A DNA stretch of 44,372 nucleotides, taken from an uncultured Candidatus Saccharibacteria bacterium. GTDB lineage: Bacteria > Patescibacteriota > Minisyncoccia > Phycocordibacterales > UBA12088. The stretch covers positions 1-44,372 of the forward strand of contig CAYWKE010000004.1 of assembly GCA_964459075.1 (NCBI GenBank), given 5' to 3'. Shown one piece after another: positions 17,997-25,155 of this stretch (position 1 is the stretch's first letter; each line of letters begins with the position of its first letter). The position numbers and the translations under genes were made by a program. The notes under the pieces are model-generated. The model did no database searches. It was not told where the DNA came from and saw only the letters and a program-made list of their open reading frames with translations.

Positions 17997-18728
17997 ATGT
18001 CGCAAGTTCCAAAACGGCACGACCCGAACGACGAGTACGTCCGTGCGTACCGCAAACACTGTCGAGTCGAGAGTGACCTGCTTGACGGTGTAGAGACCGA
18101 CACGATCTCATCGTGGCGTATCTTTAAGATCATTTCGGAGTTCGTGCAAGGGTTCGAACTGTTGCGGAAATACGGTCTTGCGGCAAGCATCTTCGGCTCG
18201 GCGCGCTCTACGCCCGACATGCCGATCTACCACGACGCCGAGAAACTTGGAGGGTACTTAGCACGCGAGGGTTTTGTCGTAATGACCGGTGGCGGTGGAG
18301 GCATCATGGAGGCGGCGAACAAGGGAGCGTTCGAGGCGGGAGGTGCCTCGGTGGGACTCAACATCCGGCTCCCCGACGAACAGGCACTCAACCCGTTCGT
18401 CACTGATGCGGCGACCTTCCACTACTTCTTCACACGCAAGGTCTCACTCGCATTTGCAAGCGAGGTCTACATCTACTACCCGGGTGGATTTGGAACACTC
18501 GATGAGATGTTCGAGATACTCACCCTCGTGCAGACCGGTAAGATCAAGCGTATCCCGATCGTTCTCGTTGGACGCTCCTACTGGGAGCCCTTGGTCTCGT
18601 GGTTTCGGCAAACGCTTCTAATCGAGCGACACACCATTCGGCAAGAGGACCTCGAGCTTTTCCACGTGGTCGACAATGCTGACGAAGCGCTCGATTTGAT
18701 CAAGCGCATGGTTGATTTTGACCGTTAG
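17997..18728 (+). CDS. LOG-family (TIGR00730-type) nucleotide phosphoribohydrolase
   Basis: GGGGGIMEAANKGA and PGGFGTLDE signatures. ATG 17997 is preferred to GTG 17979. Confidence 0.87.
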   Translation: MSQVPKRHDPNDEYVRAYRKHCRVESDLLDGVETDTISSWRIFKIISEFVQGFELLRKYGLAASIFGSARSTPDMPIYHDAEKLGGYLAREGFVVMTGGGGGIMEAANKGAFEAGGASVGLNIRLPDEQALNPFVTDAATFHYFFTRKVSLAFASEVYIYYPGGFGTLDEMFEILTLVQTGKIKRIPIVLVGRSYWEPLVSWFRQTLLIERHTIRQEDLELFHVVDNADEALDLIKRMVDFDR

Positions 18729-18731
18729 CGT

Positions 18732-20045
18732 ATGTGCCTACTTCGCTACAACGATTCCATTCGCCTAAGCGCCGGTACGTTCGAGGAGCATACTGAGCAC
18801 CTTGAGGGCTACCGCGAACGAATGGCGCGCGTGGTGGCAGAGCAGGAGTGGCACGCGCCTCAGGCGTCACTCTTGGCACCCAGCGACGATGTTGCCGCGC
18901 AGGGGACGTACGCTGTTGCTGATGCGCTGAAGCACGATGCACTCGAGCATGTCTTCCTGGCGGGTATTGGTGGCTCAAACCTCGGCACCAAGGCGATTCT
19001 CGATGCGCTCGGTCACCACTACGCGACCCTGGCCACACTTAGGCCTCACGTGCACTTCCTCGATACGACCGACCCCAGTTTGCTCGCTCACGCGCGTACA
19101 CGCATCGCAGCACTACCAGCACCCGAATCGGTCGCGGTCATTATCATCAGCAAGTCGGGCGGAACGACCGAGACCCTCTTCAATGCTGAGGTGGTCCTTG
19201 CAGCGCTTCGGGAACGGTTCGGTGAGGCGGCCACTACGCGTGTTGCTGTGGTGAGTGAGCCAGACAGTGCACTATCGCGTGAGGCTCGTGAGCGGGGCTT
19301 CCATACCGTCGCACACCCACCTGAGATCGGTGGCCGCTACTCGGTCTTCACGGCGGTCGGGCTCCTCCCCTTGGCACTGGTCGGTATTGACGTGGAAGCG
19401 TTGAGGGCGGGTGCTCGCGAGGCTCGTGCTCGCGGTCTTGAGGATTCCGACCGCAATGACGCGCGGGCTTCGGCGGTATGTCTCTTTGCGCACTACGACC
19501 GCGGTCTTTCCATTCACGACACATTCGTCTTTGCTCCGCAGCTCCACTCACTCGGTCTCTGGTACCGTCAATTGATGGGGGAGAGTGTTGGAAAAGAGTG
19601 CGATCGCGAAGGTGTAGTGGTACACGCAGGGATGACGCCAACGGTCTCCGTAGGCTCGACCGACCTGCACAGCGTGGGGCAGCTCTACCTGGCAGGCCCG
19701 CGTGACAAGGTCACGACCTTCGTGAGCATTGCGGCGCCGCGCGATACGGTCTCGACCCCAGAGGAACGCGTGTTCCCGAGCCTGGTCCCCATGATCAACG
19801 GTCACGATGCGGCCGAGGTGACACGCGCCATTCTTGAGGGAACGAAAGCGGCATACCGCGCTCACGAGCGGCCGTACATGGAGCTCATCGTTCCACAGCT
19901 TGATGCCCATTCGCTGGGTCAGGTCCTGCAACTGAAGATGCTCGAGATGATGTACCTCGCAGAGTTGATGCAGGTCAACGCATTCGACCAGCCGAACGTC
20001 GAGAGTTACAAGGTCGAGACGAAACGATCACTTGAGGGAGCGTAG
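18732..20045 (+). CDS. pgi: Glucose-6-phosphate isomerase (short bacterial/archaeal type)
   Basis: GIGGSNLG and ISKSGGTTET SIS motifs; 437 aa. Confidence 0.92.
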   Translation: MCLLRYNDSIRLSAGTFEEHTEHLEGYRERMARVVAEQEWHAPQASLLAPSDDVAAQGTYAVADALKHDALEHVFLAGIGGSNLGTKAILDALGHHYATLATLRPHVHFLDTTDPSLLAHARTRIAALPAPESVAVIIISKSGGTTETLFNAEVVLAALRERFGEAATTRVAVVSEPDSALSREARERGFHTVAHPPEIGGRYSVFTAVGLLPLALVGIDVEALRAGAREARARGLEDSDRNDARASAVCLFAHYDRGLSIHDTFVFAPQLHSLGLWYRQLMGESVGKECDREGVVVHAGMTPTVSVGSTDLHSVGQLYLAGPRDKVTTFVSIAAPRDTVSTPEERVFPSLVPMINGHDAAEVTRAILEGTKAAYRAHERPYMELIVPQLDAHSLGQVLQLKMLEMMYLAELMQVNAFDQPNVESYKVETKRSLEGA

Positions 20046-20046
20046 C

Positions 20047-20571
20047 ATGGCACAGCTGTACCCGAAAATCACGGTGTCAGATGAGCACGACGACAATCCA
20101 CAGTTCGTTGAGTTCTTTGATGCTCTCGAGAAGGGACTGATACGACGGGTTTCGCGCGTATTCATTCAGGATGGGGATGGGCGCATTTTCCTCCAGCGGC
20201 GTGGACCGGACCTTGAGATTCTTCCTTCGCACTGGGACATCTCTGCAGGTGGGCACGTTGATGAGGGGGACACATATTTCACGGCGGTTCGCACAGAAGT
20301 GCGCGAGGAACTCGGTCTTGTTGGACTCTCGTACGTCACACTTGGAAAGTGGTTTGTTGAGGAGTCTCGCAATGGGCAGGCTACTCCGGCGTGGCACATG
20401 CTCTACCGAGCAACGTGGAGCGGCTCCCCGCTGGTGCTTGCCGAAGGAGAGGTCGCTGAAGGGAAGTGGTTCACGCGGGAAGCCGTAGACAAATTGTGCG
20501 ACGCTACAGACGAGCTGGTCGCACCGACCTTGATAGCCAACTGGCGCGACTGTCGGGCTATGCTATCCTAG
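20047..20571 (+). CDS. NUDIX hydrolase
   Basis: Nudix box GGHVDEGDTYFTAVRTEVREELGL. The ATG lies 1 nt after the pgi stop. Confidence 0.88.
   Translation: MAQLYPKITVSDEHDDNPQFVEFFDALEKGLIRRVSRVFIQDGDGRIFLQRRGPDLEILPSHWDISAGGHVDEGDTYFTAVRTEVREELGLVGLSYVTLGKWFVEESRNGQATPAWHMLYRATWSGSPLVLAEGEVAEGKWFTREAVDKLCDATDELVAPTLIANWRDCRAMLS
20561..20569 (+). promoter_or_regulatory. Extended -10 (TGcTATCCT) 9 nt upstream of the ROK-kinase ATG
   Basis: ATGCTATCCTAGAGCGCAT then ATG at 20579. Confidence 0.4.
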
Positions 20572-20578
20572 AGCGCAT

Positions 20579-21424
20579 ATGTATCTACTCTTTGATATTG
20601 GAGGCACGAAAACCCGTATCGCGCTCTCAGAGGATGGTGAGCACATAGGCGAAGAGGTGAAGTTCGAGACCCCGCATGAGTTTGAACCTGGGATAGCACG
20701 CGTGGTCAGTGAAGCCAAACAGTTGACCAACGGAGCGCCACTCACAGCGATCGCAGGGGGTGCCTCAGGTCCTTTGTCGCGCGAGAAGGATCGCTTCGTC
20801 AATGCACCGAATCTGCCGCTATGGAATCACCAGCCGCTGGCTGCGCGTCTCTCTGAGGAGCTAGGCGCACCGGTGTACATGGAGAACGATTCCGCGATCG
20901 TGGGTTTGGGTGAAGCCCATTTCGGAGCGGGGCAGGGGTTTGGTATTGTCATGTACCTTACCATCTCTACGGGAGTTGGTGGTGCACGCATCGTCGACGG
21001 ACGGATCGATAGGAGCGCGTTCGGGTTCGAGCCAGGACATCAGATCATCGACATAGACAAGACCCTATGTACCGAGTGCGTGAGTGGTGAGGCGGAGGAC
21101 ACGATCTCCGGCACCGCGACCGCCCACCGCTACGGCAAGAAGGCGTACGAGGTTACCGAGCCCAATGCCTGGGAGGAACTAGCGCACTGGAGCGCAGTTG
21201 TTGTCAACAACAGCGTCCTACACTGGTCACCCGACGTCGTCGTGTTGGGGGGCTCAATGATCGTCGGGGATCCCGCGATACCCATTGAGCGTATCAAAGC
21301 TCACATCGACCGTATCCTGACCATCTTCCCCGAAAAGCCCATTCTCAAAAAAGCGGAGTTACGTGATGTGGGCGGTCTCTACGGAGCGCTGGTTTATGCT
21401 AAACAAAACCACATAACAGAGTAG
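20579..21424 (+). CDS. ROK/BadF-type sugar kinase (probable glucokinase)
   Basis: N-terminal phosphate-1 motif LFDIGGTKTRIAL and actin-fold ATPase layout. The genomic context is pgi and the pentose-phosphate genes. Confidence 0.78.
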   Translation: MYLLFDIGGTKTRIALSEDGEHIGEEVKFETPHEFEPGIARVVSEAKQLTNGAPLTAIAGGASGPLSREKDRFVNAPNLPLWNHQPLAARLSEELGAPVYMENDSAIVGLGEAHFGAGQGFGIVMYLTISTGVGGARIVDGRIDRSAFGFEPGHQIIDIDKTLCTECVSGEAEDTISGTATAHRYGKKAYEVTEPNAWEELAHWSAVVVNNSVLHWSPDVVVLGGSMIVGDPAIPIERIKAHIDRILTIFPEKPILKKAELRDVGGLYGALVYAKQNHITE

Positions 21425-21463
21425 TATGTCAAGTTTTGTCCTTACAATACTGTTAAAATAAGC

Positions 21464-21471
21464 TGTATTTT
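21464..21471 (+). promoter_or_regulatory. Possible -10 (TGTATTTT followed by CTAGAG) for the transglycosylase-like gene
   Basis: Lies in an AT-rich spacer. It has the same hexamer-plus-CTAGAG arrangement as other promoters in the window, but here about 110 nt of leader follows. Confidence 0.35.
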
Positions 21472-21587
21472 CTAGAGAAAAATACTTGATATCGCTTGGG
21501 GAGAGTTCCAATGCGTGGTATCATCTCTCACGGTCCGGTACTACCGGACCTGTTGCGTTTCGGATCTCATGAGATGCTCGTGGACTA

Positions 21588-22094
21588 TTGAAGAGATGTG
21601 GTCGACACGGGTATCCGCATGCTTCGGCGCACGAAGTTGAAACTAACAACTGGCTTATAATATCCATCCTGCTTCTCGCAGTGACCTCTGGGGCAGCAGA
21701 GCGTGACATCGCGCTCGCCCACACCCCTCAGCTTGCGGACCCGGTTGTCCTTCAAGCACCCACTGAGGTTGTCGTCGTGCAGCGTTCAACCGAGGATATC
21801 GTCCGAGAGTACTTCGCTGATATCCCCGTCATGATCGATATCGCGTACTGCGAATCGAAATTCACGCACTACCTCCCATCAGGCTCGACGTTGCGTGGAC
21901 GCATGGTTCACACGGACCTTGGCGTCATGCAGATCAACGAGTACTTCCACGGCGCCGCTGCGGCACGACTCGGACTCGACCTGCACACGCTCGAGGACAA
22001 TCTTGCCTACGCGCGCTACCTGTATCTTCGTGAAGGAACCCGTCCGTGGTATCCCTCGCAAGCGTGCTGGAGTCGACGCATCGCGCAGCGATAA
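21588..22094 (+). CDS. Secreted/membrane-anchored lysozyme-like transglycosylase domain protein
   Basis: Basic N-terminus plus a TM segment, then IAYCESKF...GVMQINE, typical of SLT/transglycosylase-like domains. TTG start is uncertain. Confidence 0.68.
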   Translation: MKRCGRHGYPHASAHEVETNNWLIISILLLAVTSGAAERDIALAHTPQLADPVVLQAPTEVVVVQRSTEDIVREYFADIPVMIDIAYCESKFTHYLPSGSTLRGRMVHTDLGVMQINEYFHGAAAARLGLDLHTLEDNLAYARYLYLREGTRPWYPSQACWSRRIAQR

Positions 22095-22119
22095 CTCGAC
22101 TCTGTAGATAAGTAGAGAC

Positions 22120-22150
22120 AAGAACCCGGCCCTGTGGAGGCCGGGTTCTT
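22120..22150 (+). terminator. Hairpin terminator after the transglycosylase-like gene
   Basis: AAGAACCCGGCC / GGCCGGGTTCTT 12-bp stem with a 7-nt loop. Confidence 0.75.
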
Positions 22151-22158
22151 GGTATACT
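22150..22158 (+). promoter_or_regulatory. Extended -10 (TGgTATACT) 9 nt upstream of the EVE-domain gene ATG
   Basis: TTGGTATACTTATCGGCGT then ATG at 22168. Confidence 0.45.
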
Positions 22159-22167
22159 TATCGGCGT

Positions 22168-22632
22168 ATGGCACAACGATACTGGCTCATGAAGAGCGAA
22201 CCGGACTGTTACTCGATCGATGACCTTGCGCGCGACGGCAGGGCAGCGTGGGATGGGGTGCGCAACTACCAAGCACGAAATTTCATGCGTGAGATGCACG
22301 AGGGAGATTCTGTTTTCTTCTACCACAGCAACACCTCCCCGCCAGGAGTCGTAGGTCTCGCTCGGGTTTGCCGAGAGGCCTACCCCGATTCTACTGCGTG
22401 GAAGAAGGGAAGCGAGCATACCGACCCACGGTCGACCCCGGACAAGCCGCTGTGGGACATGGTCGACGTGTGTTTTGAGGAGAAGTTTGCCCACCCAGTG
22501 TCCCTTGGGGAGATGCGGCAGATCAAGGAACTTGATGGTATGCTGGTACTGCAGAAAGGCCAGCGCTTATCGGTGATGCCGGTCAGCAAAGAGCACGCAC
22601 ACGTTCTCGTGAAGCGAGGACGAGCAAGGTAA
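22168..22632 (+). CDS. EVE (PUA-like) domain protein
   Basis: MAQRYWLMKSEPDCYSIDDL...WDGVRNYQARNFMREM..GDSVFFYHSN is the characteristic EVE-domain signature. Confidence 0.85.
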   Translation: MAQRYWLMKSEPDCYSIDDLARDGRAAWDGVRNYQARNFMREMHEGDSVFFYHSNTSPPGVVGLARVCREAYPDSTAWKKGSEHTDPRSTPDKPLWDMVDVCFEEKFAHPVSLGEMRQIKELDGMLVLQKGQRLSVMPVSKEHAHVLVKRGRAR

Positions 22633-22646
22633 TTTAGACGAGACGT

Positions 22647-22841
22647 ATGGTTACAGGAAAAATGATTCTCAAGGTACTTACCGGTATCATCATCGTGCCG
22701 GGTTCGATGCTCCTCAAAGTGTTGTGGGAGACGGCTGAGAATAAGCAGCGACCACGCATCCTGCGCTGGACGTGTGTTGCGCTCGCATTCCCACTCTTTT
22801 GCATCGTAGCGCCGTTCGGGGATTGGTGGAATGACCTCTAG
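22647..22841 (+). CDS. Small hypothetical membrane protein
   Basis: 64-aa ORF with two hydrophobic segments, 14 nt after the EVE gene. No recognisable family. Confidence 0.3.
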   Translation: MVTGKMILKVLTGIIIVPGSMLLKVLWETAENKQRPRILRWTCVALAFPLFCIVAPFGDWWNDL

Positions 22842-22886
22842 CGAATAGCCATTAGCTCTGTTCACTGAGTTTCTTCCACAAAAATA

Positions 22887-22907
22887 CCCCGTCCCGTAAG
22901 GGCGGGG
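22887..22907 (-). terminator. Rho-independent terminator (minus-strand sense) downstream of the recombinase gene
   Basis: On the minus strand, CCCCGCCC uuacg GGACGGGG is followed by UAUUUUUGUGG. Confidence 0.6.
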
Positions 22908-22919
22908 ATGGAGTGAGTT

Positions 22920-23013
22920 CCTGTGTCGTTTGAGACACAGGTCAAACAGCTACGCTGTTTGACTGAAAGAAAGCGCAGCTGTCGTTGATACCCTGTGGCG
23001 TAAGCCCAGGGTA
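22920..23013 (-). other. Cluster of three strong hairpins between the recombinase stop and its terminator (structured 3' region or recombination-site-like palindromes)
   Basis: CCTGTGTC/GACACAGG (22920-22941), GTCAAACAGC tac GCTGTTTGAC (22941-22963) and TACCCTG/CAGGGTA (22989-23013). Confidence 0.4.
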
Positions 23014-23015
23014 GT

Positions 23016-23987
23016 TCATTCGTCGTTGTGTGACCCACTATGAAATCGCTCGTGAATATCACGGAGCTGTTTGTTGGTGACGTGCGTATATATCTGCGTG
23101 GTGGCCACGTTCTGGTGTCCGAGGAGTTCTTGCACACTACGTAGGTCGGCACCGTGTGAGAGGAGGTCGGTTGCGTACGTATGACGCAGCGTGTGCGGGG
23201 TCACCTTTTTACTCAGTCCGGCAAAGCGAGCGTAGCGAGCTATCATGAGCTGGATGGAACGGGGGGTGAGGCGACGTTCGCCCGGTTCGCGGGAGCGGTA
23301 GTTGATGAAGAGGGGTTTGAAGGTGTCACGCCGTTGTGAGAGGTATCGTCGAAGCCAGGTGGCGGCTCGCGGCGAGATGAAAATGGTACGCACTTTCTTA
23401 CCTTTACCCACAATGGACAGCTCGTAGGTGCGCGATTCGCTTCCATCGCGGAGCATGGAGAGTTGGTCGACGTTGAGCGCGGTCAACTCGGCGATGCGCA
23501 TGCCCGAAGAGAAAAAGAGCTCCATGATGGTGCGGTCGCGCAGACCCGATGGTGTGGACACGTCCGGCTGTTCGATCATGCGCTGTATGTCCGACAGCTC
23601 GAGGAACGATATGGTCTCCTCTGACTTCTGCTTCGCAAGCTTCACCTTGCTTGAAGGGAGTGTCTCGATGTCGCGATCGGCAAGAAAGTCCAAGAGTGAG
23701 CGCAAAGCGATGAGGTAGTAATTCTGAGACTTCTTTGAGAGGGAAGAGCAGCGCGTGGTCACGTAGCCACGTGCGAGGAAGAGCCGGTAATCCCAAATGT
23801 GCTGCGCGGTCAATTCGTGCGGCAGCAGGTCTCGCTGACCGATGCGCTCGAGCCAGTGGGTGAAGAGGGCGAGGTACTGCGCGTAGTTGCGTTGCGTGTT
23901 GCTTGAAAGTCCCTTCTCGATCTCGCAGTAGTCGAGGAAGGGGAGTACGTGTTCACGAAGAGGTGTGGTGCTTGTACCGGAAGGCAT
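23016..23987 (-). CDS. Tyrosine site-specific recombinase (XerC/XerD-like)
   Basis: N-terminal SAM-like core-binding domain (LSSNTQRNYAQYLALFTHWL). Catalytic residue contexts GMRIAEL, HTLRHTYATDLL and LGHQNVATTQIYTHV. Confidence 0.9.
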   Translation of the reverse strand: MPSGTSTTPLREHVLPFLDYCEIEKGLSSNTQRNYAQYLALFTHWLERIGQRDLLPHELTAQHIWDYRLFLARGYVTTRCSSLSKKSQNYYLIALRSLLDFLADRDIETLPSSKVKLAKQKSEETISFLELSDIQRMIEQPDVSTPSGLRDRTIMELFFSSGMRIAELTALNVDQLSMLRDGSESRTYELSIVGKGKKVRTIFISPRAATWLRRYLSQRRDTFKPLFINYRSREPGERRLTPRSIQLMIARYARFAGLSKKVTPHTLRHTYATDLLSHGADLRSVQELLGHQNVATTQIYTHVTNKQLRDIHERFHSGSHNDE

Positions 23988-23995
23988 TAAGGCCT

Positions 23996-24026
23996 AGTAT
24001 ACCGTATTGTGTTTATTCGCACAATA
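23996..24026 (-). promoter_or_regulatory. Putative recombinase promoter (-35 TTGTGC, 17 nt, -10 TATACT, 8 nt to ATG) overlapped by a 7-bp inverted repeat
   Basis: Minus strand reads TTGTGCGAATAAACACAATACGGTATACTAGGCCTTA then ATG. TATTGTG (24005-24011) and CACAATA (24020-24026) form a palindrome over the -35/spacer. Confidence 0.4.
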
Positions 24027-24031
24027 TATGT

Positions 24032-24195
24032 AAAACGAACCAAAGCCATACGCTTTGCGTTCGTTTTACATAACGCAGATTTTGCGAATATACGTATTCG
24101 CAAGAATCTGCTCAAAACGAACCAAAGCCATACGCTTTGCGTTCGTTTTACATAACGCAGATTTTGCGAATATACGTATTCGCAAGAATCTGCTC
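24032..24195. repeat. Two perfect tandem copies of an 82-bp unit, each unit holding two long near-perfect palindromes; partial third start (AGAACGAA) at 24196
   Basis: 24032-24113 is identical to 24114-24195 by direct comparison. Palindrome A is TAAAACGAACCAAAGC catac GCTTTGCGTTCGTTTTA. Palindrome B is GCAGATTTTGCGAAT atacgt ATTCGCAAGAATCTGC. Confidence 0.95.
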
Positions 24196-24227
24196 AGAAC
24201 GAATAACCCTCACCTTTGCTCGATTCA

Positions 24228-24850
24228 CTAAGCCTGTTCTAAACAAAGCTCCAGGATCGCTTCTGTGGACCGTTCGTTCGATACCTGGTATGCAGTACCA
24301 CCTCGCTGCCGGAACACAGCACACGCGTTTTGAAAATCATCGATCAAGATGCTTGCTTAGATCGAATGCTCCCAGTTCTTCACATACATCAACAAAGAGC
24401 TGGCCGTCATCATCGGTCTTGTACCGACCTGAGTCTGCTGAATTCTAGAGGCGAGTGAAGTAGCGATCTAGGCCAAGTGCGGTCCAGGTCCAGCGCGTGA
24501 TCGTGTCGCTGTTCGTGGTAATGAGCATCGTGTGGAAGCGTACACGCAGCTTCCCCACTCTCGTGAAGAACTCTTCCCTGATTGACATTGTGCGACATTT
24601 AGCTTGAGTTTTCTTTTCAAGAAGAGTGGATCGTATCCCAGCTCACGACCCAACGCTTCACATACTTCCTCTGCGCTCGTGCGTCCTCGCATCCATGCTG
24701 CTGTGTTGCTGTTGCCAAACAGTCTCTCTTGGAGGCTTTCGTACACGTCTGTTGGGAGGTCACTCCAAACCGCTCAAAGCAGATGGTTCCATCGAAATCG
24801 ATGAACAGAATGCGTTCTCGATGCTCCCCTCCCTGTTCCGGCACGAGCAT
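24228..24850 (-). pseudogene. Degraded HAD-superfamily hydrolase gene (at least 3 frameshifts and 1 in-frame TAG)
   Basis: Hand translation of the minus strand finds the HAD motifs in order but in different frames. These are ILFIDFDGTICF (motif I), then WSDLPTDVYESLQERLF..., then VRFHTMLITTNSD...LGLDRYFTRL-TAG(24445-24447)-NSADSGRYKTDDDGQLFVDVCEELG, then SILIDDFQNACAVF (motif IV). One shift falls at an A-run near 24606-24618. Confidence 0.75.
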
Positions 24851-24876
24851 GATCTAACGTCGCACAATAAACTAGG

Positions 24877-25134
24877 CTAGTTTTCCTTTGGCTCATCCAG
24901 ATGCCTCGTGAAGTGCTGCTTCAGTGTCCCGTCGATCGTCTTTTGAAAATTGATGGCATGCTGGGGGGTGAGGACGATCTCTGAGACGAGCTGCGCCTGG
25001 TCAGTATTAGGTCGTACAAAGAGGAACTGCAGCACGACCGCATCATCTGATACGTTGAGGTGCACGGAGTTCGCAAACGTAGGCTGGTGCTCTCTACTCA
25101 TCTGCACGTTGAGTTGCTTTTTGTTCTGTTCCAT
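24877..25134 (-). CDS. DUF3467-family small protein
   Basis: 85 aa. The pattern FANSVHLNVSDDAVVLQFLFVRP....QLVSEIVLTPQHAINFQKTI matches my recollection of the DUF3467 consensus (YAN......S..EF.LDF....P......V.SR...TP.HAK.L...L). Confidence 0.7.
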   Translation of the reverse strand: MEQNKKQLNVQMSREHQPTFANSVHLNVSDDAVVLQFLFVRPNTDQAQLVSEIVLTPQHAINFQKTIDGTLKQHFTRHLDEPKEN

Positions 25135-25155
25135 TGGTGAATGTTGATCATTTTC

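Noticed and set aside
21425-21587. ydaO-type (c-di-AMP) riboswitch upstream of the cell-wall hydrolase gene
   Set aside because: AUCGCUUGGGGAG resembles the 5' end of that motif. The pseudo-symmetric second half and the conserved ACGGGG/CCCGAA-type elements are absent.
24032-24195. CRISPR mini-array
   Set aside because: The whole 82-bp unit is duplicated exactly. Any repeat/spacer partition would give identical spacers, and there are no cas genes.
24032-24195. Integron attC/attI sites next to an IntI-like recombinase
   Set aside because: The palindrome ends (AACGAAC / GTTCGTT) do not fit the RYYYAAC / GTTRRRY core sites. The adjacent genes are not oriented as cassettes. I see no clear IntI-specific insertion in the recombinase.
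24445-24447. Stop-codon reassignment (in-frame TAG in the HAD-like gene)
   Set aside because: TAG terminates glmS, pgi, murG and others at the expected ends. The HAD gene also carries several frameshifts, so pseudogenisation is the simpler explanation.
24137-24448. 103-aa plus-strand ORF running through the tandem repeat
   Set aside because: It starts inside the repeat, has an implausible composition, and lies antisense to the HAD pseudogene remnants.
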